Positions 38,170-50,699 of a DNA stretch of 64,000 bases are shown here, one piece after another. The DNA comes from Octopus bimaculoides (taxonomy: Eukaryota). The stretch's first letter is position 1. Every line of letters begins with the position of its first letter. The notes under the pieces were generated by a model that saw nothing but the letters and a program-made list of their open reading frames with translations, was not told the DNA's origin and did no database searches. The DNA is taken from positions 101,832,098 to 101,896,097 of the forward strand of contig NC_068985.1 of assembly GCF_001194135.2 (NCBI RefSeq), written 5' to 3'. The position numbers and the translations under genes were made by a program.

Positions 38170-41100
38170 GTTATCATTATTATGATTATTATTAATATTA
38201 TTATTGTTTTTGTTGTTGTTGCTGCTGTTGCTGCTGTTGTGATTGTATTTGTTGTCGCTGTTTACCTTCATGTCGTTATGGTTTTTCTTGACGCATATGT
38301 TATTCTTGTTGTTGCTCTTGTTGTTGTCACTGCTGTCGTGCCTGCTGCTGTTTTTGTGGCTGCTGGTGTTGTTAATACTATCGGTGCTGATGTTGATGTT
38401 GGTGACGGCGGTACTGTTGTTGTAAGAGTTACAACCTCTTCATATAAACACTGTGCATCAATGTTTAGCAGAGACGTTCATGTTGCACCCTATGAAATAC
38501 ATACAAAAATCCCTGATAGGGTTGTGCTCCTGAGGATTATTGGCATTTCGGAATAGACTCTGCGGGTTTGGTATGTCACTCTGAGTTCCTCCTTGCACAT
38601 TGGAAAAGATATCTACTGGTGATCATTCCTTTGTATGTGTTATGCTAAGATCCCTGATACTTCAGTACCTAATCGTTATCCCACATACTTCATCCTTACA
38701 TTTTCTCTCTTCATCCATCTTGCTTTCGCATTTAAATCTTCAGCTTTACAACAAATGTTATTCCAAAATTTCTCAACTCCGTCCTTATTCATTGAATCAT
38801 TTGTTTCTATTAGCTTAGTCGCCATTTCTTTATAAATATTCTGAGCGTGTGTTTCGAAAATAGAGTTTTAACTACAGATTTTACTACCTTTTTCATATAT
38901 TCTAACCCCATATTTCTTGAATTGTATACGTTTCAGAACTTCATTGGTGGCAAGGAGGTTTTATTCATTTCTTATATTGAACGGTTTAAAAAATTAGTTT
39001 ACCTGCTTTTCTATTTTACCTGGTTTTCGTTCTGTTCGAAAGGTCATTAACAAGAGACGAATCCCTTTCAATTATTTCTATTCGTTTTGTATTTTGACTT
39101 TATACTTTGGTTGTTTTTTGTTTCCTCATTTTAATTCCTGTTCAGTTGTTCAAAGCTGTTGAGGTAGAATGCAGATGGAGTTACTATAGTCAACTGTAGC
39201 CTTCCCTTGAATTTCCAGGCCTTGTGCTTATAGAATAAAGGATTATCGTTATTATTTGTCACTTTATATTGTTAAAGTTAATGAAGATTACGACTCTCAG
39301 TATGTTGACATAATCCATTTGATCTTTTGATAGTATTTTCAACAATTGGTATTCTTTTACGAAAATATATTCAGTTGTGTTTTACTTTTGTAGCGGCTAA
39401 ACGAAAGAGATATCTTTTGTCATTTCATGCAAAGAGAAAGTCTGAAACGAATTCACATCATATATATGATACATCTATGCTTTCAAATAGTGTCTGGTGG
39501 CCCTGAGATGTATGGTATATGTTTATGTGAGAGTGCAACTAGTTCAAAAGAATATCTGCATATTACAACATACTTTTCGCATCTTTCCATTTCGTTTGAT
39601 CATTAACGGTTGTTAAAGTTTGCGTTTTTTAGTACACTTCTTTGTTCGGATTTCTGGGTCTCTCTACTTAAGTCTGTATCCAAGTGGTTTTGTTTTTTTG
39701 TTTAATATTATGTCAAGTTGATCCTAATGGACCAGACCTACAATTAAGACGTTTCAACAACGACAGTCACTGCTGGTTATGTATTCTAATATATATTTTG
39801 TCAATGGTGTTCTGATAGTAGGGAGTTATTTGAATGTAAGTTTTTACTCTATCTGCTATATTATTACACCATATTCCGCCTCATTCATGGGGTTATGTGT
39901 GTGAGTATATATATATGTGTACGTATATGTTTATGATTCAACGCGTACTTTAATCTTAATTCAAATTAATGTATACGCTCTGCGTTACTGCAGTGCAAGC
40001 ACTCCCTGAGAAGCAGAGCGTTCTAGTTAAGGTATGTCAATTCCGTAATGGGATTCCATAATCTCTTCTAACTACAGTGCAATATATTGATTACGAACTC
40101 CAGTACAAGTCCGAGGAAATATATCAAGGAGTTGCTAAGTGAGTTTCTTCTTTCCTTTTTATCTTTATATATCCGGGAGGTTGATGTGGAAACTAATGAT
40201 AGTGCTAATGCTGTGTTCCTCTTTATTCCTAGTGGCTTAATGATACTACCATTCAATAAATAAGAAAACGTGATTAGATATTCGTCAAGATATTTTATGA
40301 GTTTATCCCCAAATGTACCTCCTCATACTGTTTATGATATCTGTAATATCCGAAATCTAATATTCAAGAAATCCATAAATTAAATCATATAAAATAACAT
40401 AGGTAACTTTTCTGATTCCAATACTTTTCAATAGATTTCCCTTATCGTAATTGCTATTATATTATAATTGTTATTAGGATATAGATTAGAAATTACTCTC
40501 ACATATGTATTAAACTTGTATATTTGCACTCTTCCCAGCTAGAGATATTAACCTACATTAATATTTGCATTTAAATAATATTCATCATTGTTTGTTTTTT
40601 ATTCTGCGATAGCCTTGTTTAGCATATCTCGCTAATAATTAATAATTATATTAATTATTATACTCATATGAGTCCCCATGTTGAATCAGATATGTTCTTA
40701 TATTTTTGGTACATATAAAAATTCACAAGATTGCCGCTCCGATTATTCACAATTAACATTTCTCTGTAAATTATTTCATTTACGCACCTAGATATACTTC
40801 AGAGTGACGTACTGCGGTGTGAGTGATACTATGTAGTCCATGAGCTATATTCTGGTGCTTTAATTAACACGTTATCTCACCACAAAAGTGCATTTACTTT
40901 GTCTTAACACATTCCCACATTGGTTTAACACATTAGTTCTGTGTACCTAAAATAATTTCACATTATTCTTTCAGCCGCCGCCAAATTAAATCAACCACTA
41001 TTTCTACACGTTTGGCTTTATAGTTGGTCAAATCAAGTTCAATGCATTCGTAGATAGCTTGATTGTAAAACTTCCACGAAATATCAACAAAGTTCCTGTT

Positions 41101-41454
41101 CAAATTAGCAAGCAGTGAGAAATAATATAATTTCCATAGATTGCTAGACGTTTTTCTCCAAAGATTTTAACACACACACATATACATATAAATAAACATA
41201 TATAAACACATAGGTAGAGAGCGTGGAGAGAGAGATAAACAGATACAAATGTATGTACGTATATGTATATGTGTGTCTATCTCGTGAGTGTTTGCGTGCT
41301 TAGATCGGTTCCTTATTCTGTTTGGTTGCTATTGGTTCTTCCGCGCATAGTGCACATAAGGAAGCAGAATCAAAAATTAAAATCATTCAAAGCGTGGTTA
41401 ATGTAACCTACATATTTTGTGTGTGTATACTTTATGAAATATGTAATCTCATTG

Positions 41455-41665
41455 CATCGAATGTACGGCATGCCGGGCAAAATGTTCAGCAGTCATTCCT
41501 ATTCCTTTACGCTCTGGATTCAAATTCAGCCAAAGTCGATTATGCCCTTCATCTTTTTGGATTCTAGAAAATAATTACCTTTGAAGCATCGGCGTCGATG
41601 TAATAAATTATTTTCTTCCCAAATATCCCAGGCCATGTACCTGGAGTAGAGAGAATCATCATCGA
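41455..41665 (+). mobile_element. Old copy of the SINE family seen at 48273
   Basis: GCCGGGCAAAATG...TTCAAATTC.GCC...GTCGA...TTCATC...GTCGATGTAAT aligns to 48273-48510. Confidence 0.7.
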
Positions 41666-44600
41666 CGTCGTTGTTGTAGCCACAGCCAGACGTTGCTTCG
41701 CGTGACTCATAAGTTTGTTCGTCTATTTATACGCGAAACAATTGTTAATTCGTGAGATCACGTTATATAATGTTTATGCAAACCAACCAGAATACATAGG
41801 GCTGCGTGGCCTTACTATTTCGGACGCTTTTTGAACTCAATTTTTTTAAGGAGGCTTTTAACATTTGACTCTGCAAAAAAAGTTGTTTTTTTTAAATTGC
41901 GTCGGATCAAACTGAAGAGGGAGAGTGAAGTTGTCAAACAAATACTTATGTTATGTATGGCAGGACAGAAGATTTATTTTCAAGAGTTGAGATTTTGATC
42001 TGCAAATAATTTGCACAATAATAGTAATAAGAGAAATAACTTCAAAAACAATACTAAGAAAAGCTAAAACAGTAGCAGCAGGAAGACTTCTAAGACGGAA
42101 TTATGCTCATGCAGGGAGAGGGGTGTGATGATTTTATCGCTGAAAATTCAAAGTTCAAACAATTGAACAATTGATACATCGGCAAACGAGTGAAGCATTA
42201 AAAGTAAAAATAGTACTTTAACAACATAACGACAGCAATGATATCAAAGGTGTTAGCAGCAGCAACAGCAGCAGCAGCAGCGAGAAAAGCACTAGATAAC
42301 AATGGCAACACAAGCTGTAAGAGCAACAGAAGCAATGAAAGGCAGCAAAAATGTTGTGCTTAGATAACAAAAGTTTCCGACTTTGATTCACTCAGTAAAA
42401 ACATGAACATTTAGAAGATGCTGAGAAATACATCAAGAAGACCAGCAAGTAGTAACGTAACGCTCAATATAATACAACGCATTTTATACCAAATAGCCAG
42501 AATAACATTTTGTATAGACGTTTATAAATGATGTGAGTGTATACTTTCACAGAGGACGGAGTTCTATTTCAGAAACATTTACCCAGAAAATAACTCTGCA
42601 GCAATCTGTGGATTAGAATGCAACCGTGTTAATTTCAACCTGGAATTCCTACCATAGAACCATTCTGCTGTTCCACAAATGACTGAATTTTTTGCACCGA
42701 TTCCAATTAATCTGTAGGAGAAGGAGGAGCGTAAAATCTCACACATATCAAAAGAACTAGACTTCCAGCGAGTTGTTAAATGCGTGGCTTCTAAGGGCAC
42801 TAGCAGGATGCTAGAAATATAATGATCCCTATTGGAAAATTAGATTGGCATGGGGCTGGGGACATAACAGTCGCAATCACAATCATAAACACAAACGGAT
42901 ACATCAGATAAAACAACATCATGCAAACTCAGCTAGTTGTATTGCAATTTCGAATAAAAGACTGGAAGCAGCGACGAGAGAAATAAAAACAACGCCACCA
43001 AAAGCGAAAACCAATTAAAAAAGATGAAAGGAAATACACCGCCACCGAGGGACATCAGATATTATCACAGAAACAGTCCCAATAGCAACAGATTCAAACA
43101 ACAAGTACAAGATACCAACAACAGAACAGTTTCCTCCCCACAATACATGTTCTTCATCAACCCACAATAGGTCGTTTGATGGTGACGCCAAGGAGAGAGA
43201 CTAAATGGCAAAATAGTTATTAACGCAAAGAAAAGAAAAACAAAGCAATAATCTTGAACAAAACAGGGAGGTATGTAAACGTAGACTGAATGCTTCGAAG
43301 CAATGTTGCATCAATACACCTATAGGAACAGTTAGTGTAGTACTGTCAAAGCCACCAACACTTCAAACACATTCACCACCATTACAATTGCAACACTCTA
43401 ATTCACATTCATAATAGTCACATGACAAGTCCTAATACAGATAAAAAACGGAAATCATTAACTACGCGACCAGAGGTGCATGCAACACAAATTAATGGCT
43501 CACGTAATGTAACACACAAACCTTAAACACACACAACAGCTATATTTAATAAAACCTTCCAGGACATATAATATTCATGAAATATCACAAAACATATTTT
43601 CAAAAATATATAACCTAAAATAGGAGATTTCAGGAGAAATACACACACGCACACACACACACACACGCGCACACATACACACACGCACACGTACACACAT
43701 ATATATACACATACACACACGCATGCATGCACACACGTACACACACAAAAGCACATTCACACACACACACACACAGTCTTTTCAAATTCTTTTCATATGC
43801 TCAGGAGGCACACGGAACCACAAACACTTCCGCACACATTTCTCCAGTATCAAAATGTTGCTATCGCATAGTGAAGGGGTTTGTCTACCAATGCTCATTG
43901 CGATTACTTCGCTACCTTCTTTCAGTGAGAAAGGCAGGTCGCCGTTATCTGCCTGGTGACCTTAGTGAAAGAAGTTGTGTGGTGGACAAGACTGAAAAGA
44001 CTGAAGAGAATCACCTTTCTCTTATGCCAACACCTCACTGACTTTTACAAATTTCGTTTCAAAAGGGGAATATAGGAGGGAAGTGAAGTATTGATTTGCA
44101 GAAAATTTCTTGAAGGGTAGTTGAATATTGCAAGGGTGATCCGGTCGAATGGCTCGACCTGCTCACGCCGCCTGTGGATAAAGCAAGATGGCTTGCCTAC
44201 TTTCTTCACTGATCTGTGTCACTTTAGTATTGTTGCGTTTCCTCCTGCAATGCACTGAATTCCCCGAGTTTGATGGAAAGATCTCTTGTTTCAATATTTT
44301 TTTTTCTTTATATCTGTTTCCTGTGTCTTATTTTAATGCTTCATATAACCCATGATGCATCGTAATGCATTGCCCTTTAACTGCCCTCGATCTTATGAAA
44401 CTCCTTAATGATTGGTAATGATTGGTAAAGGAAACGATGTTGTTCTTGTTGGTGGTGGTGTTGTTGTTGCTGTTGTTGTTGTTGTTATTGTTGTTGTTGT
44501 TGTTGTTGGTGTTGTTGTTGTTGTTGCTATTGTTGCTGCTGCTACTGTTGTGATTGTCATTTTTAGATAACAACATTGACATCAACAACATCAGCAACGA

Positions 44601-46091
44601 CAACAAAAACAACAACAATGGCACCAATAATAATGATAATAATACTAATACTACTACTACTACTACTAATAATAATAATAATAATAATAATAATATGCTA
44701 TAAACTTTATCGTTTCCAATACTTGAGGCATAATGTATGAACAATAGAATATTTCTTTGATCATTAACCTCAACGAAAGACGGAAATATTTCTCGTTCAG
44801 ATATCTACATTGTACATAAAGATTGCTATTATAGTTCTTGCTCTCCTGTTGTTGTTGTTGTTGTGGTTGTCGTTATTGTTGCTGTTGTTGTTGTTACCGC
44901 TGCTACTGATGTTAATGTTACCGTGTTACCGAATCTTCTGCTACAATCGTTTCTTACTTTTCATAGATGCTTAATGATTTATCAATGTCTATGTATATGA
45001 CATTGTTGTACATCAGCCTGAGAAAAAAAAAAAACTCTTCAAGTGATATATCGCTGCATTGTTTCTTTTTTTTTTTTGGCTTTGTTTCTTGCTTTTCGAA
45101 TAATGAGTAGGAAATATTTCTATACTTTGTAAAGGGCGAGCTACTTAGGAACTTTTCACATGTCTTTTAAGCTTCACATCACGGAAACAATAGAATTATT
45201 TGAGTTTTCTTTGGCATGTTTTAAATATCTTTTCTTGCATGACTCATACTTAGACATACTTCCCTATTAAATACTTTTCCAAATGCTATGATTACATTTG
45301 CAAATTTTCTACAACGGCTCAAATGTATATATACATTTACCTGATTGGGCTTCTTCAGTAGCTTGTATCCCTTGGCAAGCTCATGCCAAGAAAAAATTAA
45401 CTGGTATTGATCTGGGAAAAAAAAAAACAGTAACTAAAAAATAACCGGCTGACTGAATTAAAATTTGTAATGAGTGACAGAAGTAATTGTTCGAAATAGT
45501 AATTTGTGTATCATTCTTAACGCAGATGCAACGTTGAAAGACTGATAAACTGCAATAGTCTACTCAAATTAGCATCTCACATACACGTACATTAACAGCA
45601 GGCGAAAATCATCCACAAGTGTAACTGGTATTGCTTACTATACATTTATGCTTCTTTGCACTTCTAATGAAGCAACTATCTGCTGTATGGTACATAGATT
45701 GGTGTACAGAATCAGCACTGCTTCTGTCGCGCATAAAAAAATTCTTAGTCAGCCCGCCACTCAAGTGCGACGTCAGTGATCTTCCAGTCGCTGTTTTACT
45801 ATATCAGCAGTGAATGAGTTTGTCACAGATTCCGGTTCCAGTTAATATTTGCTACTGACAAATCTCAGAAATACGTCTTTAGAAATGCCACCAACTACGT
45901 TGGATCATTTTCTCTCGTTACTGATAAATTTCTGTTCCTTCAATCTTATGTGTCTCAAGGCAAATGCACTCTCAAGGAGAATGCAGTAACTCCACGGAAG
46001 CTCTCAAAGATTTATCGGCTTAAGTATAATACACACACACCCACACACCCACACACGCACACACGCATACACACACACAAACAAACACACA

Positions 46092-46260
46092 CACAAACAT
46101 ATATAGCTGCAGGCATGGTTGTATGGTAAGAAGCTTACTTCCCAAACATAATTCCGGGTCCAGTCCCAATGCGTGGCAATTCGGGCAAGGGTCTTCAGCT
46201 ATGGCCTGGGCCGACCATATGCTTGTGAGTGGATTTGGTAAACAGAAACTGAAATAAGCC
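46092..46260 (+). mobile_element. tRNA-derived SINE (same family as 31911), 3'-truncated
   Basis: GGTTGTATGGTAAGAAGCTT...GGGCAAG.GTCTTC...GTGAGTGGATTTGGTA.AC.GAAACTGAAA. Confidence 0.8.
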
Positions 46261-46302
46261 AATTTCGGATACCGGGGTCCGGCATCTCATCAGTGGTTAA
46301 AA
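46261..46302 (-). ncRNA. Truncated minimal hammerhead ribozyme of Penelope type
   Basis: Minus strand CUGAUGA, 8-bp helix II GAUGCCGG/CCGGUAUC, C, GAAA; helix III and cleavage site are missing where a SINE end abuts. Confidence 0.65.
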
Positions 46303-46309
46303 TCTTTTT

Positions 46310-46578
46310 TTACAGGTGTAAGGGTTATTTCCTCGCCAAAAACACTATCTTCTACAGCTTTATTATATTGGGGCAACACGATTAAGAATGTTTATATTGA
46401 GGAGAGGCTAGAAATTCTCTTGCTAATGTTTTTAACTACATTCTTAAATATTATTGGGGAATTGCAGGAACCTTCATTAATATAGGTAAGTCTATCGTTG
46501 GGCTTTCTATAGGGTTTATATATATTCTTATTTAAATCTAAAGATACATCTAAGTAATTGACAACAATCAGGATAGTA
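46310..46578 (-). mobile_element. Penelope-like RT thumb fragment
   Basis: VVNYLDVSLDLNKNIYKPYRKPNDRLTYINEGSCNSPIIFKNVVKNISKRISSLSS matches the PLE FLD...YKPY.KPN...YIN..SNHP...RIS.LSS pattern. Confidence 0.8.
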
Positions 46579-46769
46579 TATATACATATATGTATGTATA
46601 TATATATACATATATGTATATATACATATACATATATGTGTATATATATACATATACATAGACGGTACCCGCACAGGTGATCCCCAGGAGTGCCTCCGGA
46701 TTTAAACATCCCCTGGTTGATTGGATGCTTCAGACTACCCCTGAAGGATCGAGGCAAGCCTATCACTTA

Positions 46770-46848
<79 letters not shown>

Positions 46849-47253
46849 GCATATGTATGCATGTATTTCTTCTGTGAATAATTTTATGGGGTGCATGAGT
46901 TTTATGCGTAATTTTCATATGATAAACTACTTATCCACGTTGGAGTTTCAGCGAACAGGGTTGGGGATCATGCTTGAAATATCCCTATGAGTTATTCCAG
47001 CGTAAATATCCGCACATTTAGTCCCTCATTCAGATCTTCTACCCACTTTATATGTCTATAACTATAGCATAGTTATTGTTCACAATCAGCAGCATGATCA
47101 TGGTCTATGTTCCTTAATTTCACTTTTTATCTACATCGTATTGTGTTCGAGCCTGTGCTTTGATGCCTTGGGCAACCATTTTCTATTGTAGTCGAAGTAT
47201 AACTTATGCCTTATTGAATGAACTTGGTACATATAAAACTATGAAAATATCCA

Positions 47254-47302
<49 letters not shown>

Positions 47303-48272
47303 AGCGTTTGTGTGTCCGTGTGTGTGTGTATGTGTGTGTGTGTCTGTGTGTGTGCGTGAAGAAATGTGTGAAAGACCATTTGACTCTTCAGAATGGGTGA
47401 TGCATATGTATTCGGAATATTCCCCTGATAGCAAAGAAGAATCTTGCCTTCATATTTTGTGTATGATCATACGAATTGTCTTGTATGTAAAATTAATCCA
47501 CGTTAACGCATGATAATATAAATATCTCATTTCAAGTAGCTAGTATTCATATGTTTACAGCTTCTTATAGAAATTCTAAAGAAAAATGTATAAATTTTTA
47601 ATTTCCGTACCGATCCAAAGATACTAAAAATTCTTCCTTTTTATTTATAAGATAATCCTTCTGCATTGATACCAGAGTTATTAATTCTCGAACGTCAAAC
47701 TTATTACACAACGTGAATTCAGCTATACTGCTATAATACTTTTATAATTTTATAGACAGCCATAAGCTTCTAAATTTCGGCAGCTGGAAATTGATATGTG
47801 CGATTGCTAATGACTATTTGCTGAAATAATAAACTCCTCAATCCTAGCTGCCAAATTATCTTCAGATTACCTGCGAATGTCTATTTTTACTAAAGAATAA
47901 ATAAACCCTTATTAATGATATCCTATATGTAATCGCATTATATTAATTCATAATCTCGCTGTATTAGTACTGTATTGCTTAATTTCCGGTTTCCAGTCTT
48001 GCGGCTTTACGATAATTTTGTGATATTTGTCACAATTTGTTTACAATTTCTACAGCAAGCTGTAACCTTAAACACTTCGACAGCTGGTATGTGAGGACAG
48101 AGATCCATGGTGAATCTGTAATTAAATACAAAGCAGCTGCTCTGTTTATTACTTGTAACTGTTCAATAGACTTCCATTTTCGCTATAATACTAAGCATAT
48201 TTTAGTTAAACATATTGTCAAAAGTATTTTAATGAAATAATAACAAAAATCAACACCGGTATTGAAGAAATA

Positions 48273-48510
48273 CCTGCAAGGCGGTGAGCTGGCAGAATCG
48301 TTAGCACGCCGGGCAAAATGCTTAGCGGTATTTCGTCTGCCCTTACGTTCTGAGTTCAAATTCCGCCGAGGTGGACTTTGCCTTTCATCCTTTCGGGGTC
48401 GATAAATTAAGTACCAGTTACGCACTGGGGTCGATGTAATCGACTTAATCCGTTCGTCTGTTCTTGTTTGTTCCCTCTATGTTTAGCCCCTTGTGGGCAA
48501 TAACGAAATA
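48273..48510 (+). mobile_element. Young full-length tRNA-derived SINE with a 15-bp target-site duplication
   Basis: A-box-like GGCAGAATCGTTAG and B-box-like GAGTTCAAATTCC; GGTATTGAAGAAATA at 48258-48272 and 48511-48525. Confidence 0.92.
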
Positions 48511-48525
48511 GGTATTGAAGAAATA

Positions 48526-50090
48526 GTAAACTTCCAGAATGAAAACAAGCATTCTGCTTAGCAACTCCAAAAGAACTGCTATGCGTGATATAAAAAGTAA
48601 TTAGTGTCCAGATGCCTATCGTCTGTATTTTAGATTTTTGACTGTTGAAATAAAGTCGTGCTACACTAAATCTGATTATGATACTTTTGTAAAAACAAAA
48701 TAGCCTGCAGATACAGAAGAGCTTCGAAAATACCTAAACACTTTCTGAATCAACATGGCACTTGACCAAGATATCATCTGTAGGAATCTCTTTTACCAGA
48801 AAATCAGTTAAACATTTGTAGCAAGAATTATAATGTAAGAAATCCTAAAGCTTTTACGGAGTCTTCAACTATTCCGATTACCTAGAAATGCAGATTTCAT
48901 ATTCGTCACATATAGACTCAAAAGTGTGAGACTTTATCTCCTATTGGTATAATTGTAGAAAAGAACGTAAAAGGATTCTGAATACTATAGAATTTCGCCC
49001 TAAGTAGAGTTATAGAAGAGGTTAAAATCGTCAATCAAAAAGCAGTAGCAAACCTCAATCGGATTAGTGTACGTCTCAAAGTCATTTTATAATATCAACA
49101 GAAGAGCCCATTTTTCATAGATACGTTTGCCCAAGCCAGAGCCGACTACAAATATCCGCAAAGCTTTGGGCAAACATACAATCAAGGCAGTTTAAGAGCA
49201 GCTAGAATCTCTCTTTGATACAGCATAGCTACATTTCCCTGTGGCTCAAATAGAGAACATTCTTAAGTGATGTCATTAACATATCCAAAAAAAATCGTTA
49301 GCATCGCCAGGAAAGTCCAGGACGTCAGCTGAGACTGTATCGCTCGGTCTTAACTATACTGGTGGTCTTGTTCATACGACGTATCAGGTGTTTATGAGAG
49401 GCAAGACATCTTATAAGTCATTCGCATAGCAGCAAAGAAAGTTGGTGACTTTCTTAATGCAAAGAAAACAGAATACTGACAATCTCTGAAATTGGCAACC
49501 AACATCCAAATTTTTTCCGAGTATCGAACAAAAATCGAGAATGTCAATTTCTACAAGTGCTGTTGGTTATATGTTGAAGGATTGATAGTAGTAAGAGAAA
49601 CGTCACACGTGGGATTGAACTCAAGTGCCAGTAGCAAGCTACAAACGTATTGTAAGGATTTATTTGAAAGTCAATGAATTTGGGCCTTCCTCGTAACATA
49701 TGAATTTGGCTATTTCACTGTGGGGCTAAAACTCTTACTGCAAAAAAAAGCAAGCTTCCATATCGGGTTGACGTTATGTTCGCCAGGATGTTTAGCAGAG
49801 AAGTCCATGTCGAGTTCACAAAAAATATGATGAAATTTATCGACATATTCTACTCAGCTCCAAAATTGTCGGTCAACGCTTGGTCATTGTTCTAGCGCTG
49901 AGCAACAGGCCGTACGAGTATTTTAATTTATGCAACCTAATACAAAACGAAAACAATTCAACCATATTGGCGATATTGGTAGTGACTTGCAACCCCTCGT
50001 ACAATGTGACACTTGCTCGAAGACCGCACACTGGGACTGAACTTGTCTGCGAAACAAATTTCTTACGAAGAGGAGCAATTTAAGAATTTT
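48526..50090 (+). pseudogene. Heavily decayed DNA-transposon ORF, probably an Academ-type transposase
   Basis: Ordered motifs across many stops and frameshifts: MALD.RYH, FALSRVIEE, RLKVIL, LRAARI, NWQP, RQDV*...RH..SSKIV..RLGHCSS, TL...H.T. Order matches my recollection of Academ transposases. Confidence 0.5.
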
Positions 50091-50699
50091 CAGGTGTCTC
50101 TTTTCAGAAATTGGACAATCATGCATAAATAAAATGTTGTACGTTAAGGATTGTAAATTATCTACATAAATATACACAAATGACTGAAAAAATCCTCTTC
50201 CTTATGTATTCTTAAACAGAAAGATTAAAATTATGTTGAAGAAAATTTAGAATGGTTTCTATTGGTCATTCTGACCAATGTCACCTCTTTTTTTAAAGTC
50301 CATTTTCCCCTCAGTACCATTAAAGTTAAAAACAAACGTAATCCTTATCTGACTATACTACGCTCTCCATCAACCTCGAATACAGAAACAGTACGTCATC
50401 AAGATCAAAAACAAATGTTATGTCTTTGAACACAAAATAAAAATGATCTATAATAACAATTAGTATGGAAATGTGTCGGTAAAAAGTAACTAAGTAAATT
50501 CATATGACATAATTTACAGTATTTATGGCGTTGCTGTCTTTCTCTTTTCTTTTTCAAAAGTACCAGAATGGCAGCATAATTGTGCGGGGGAGACAGTTTG
50601 ATAACACTGATTTTATTACATATCATTCTGACGAACAAAAACCCTCTGTTGACTCGTTAAGTACTAATGAAATTAATGTCAGTTAAGACACAAACACAC

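Noticed and set aside
48281-48370. tRNA gene interpretation of SINE heads (also 34868, 46092)
   Set aside because: A/B-box-like motifs are present but no cloverleaf; they continue into SINE bodies and one has a TSD.
49985-50040. PHD-finger-like LVQCDTCSKTAHWD* motif
   Set aside because: Overlaps the expected transposase catalytic region in another frame, and the other PHD cysteines need several assumed mutations.
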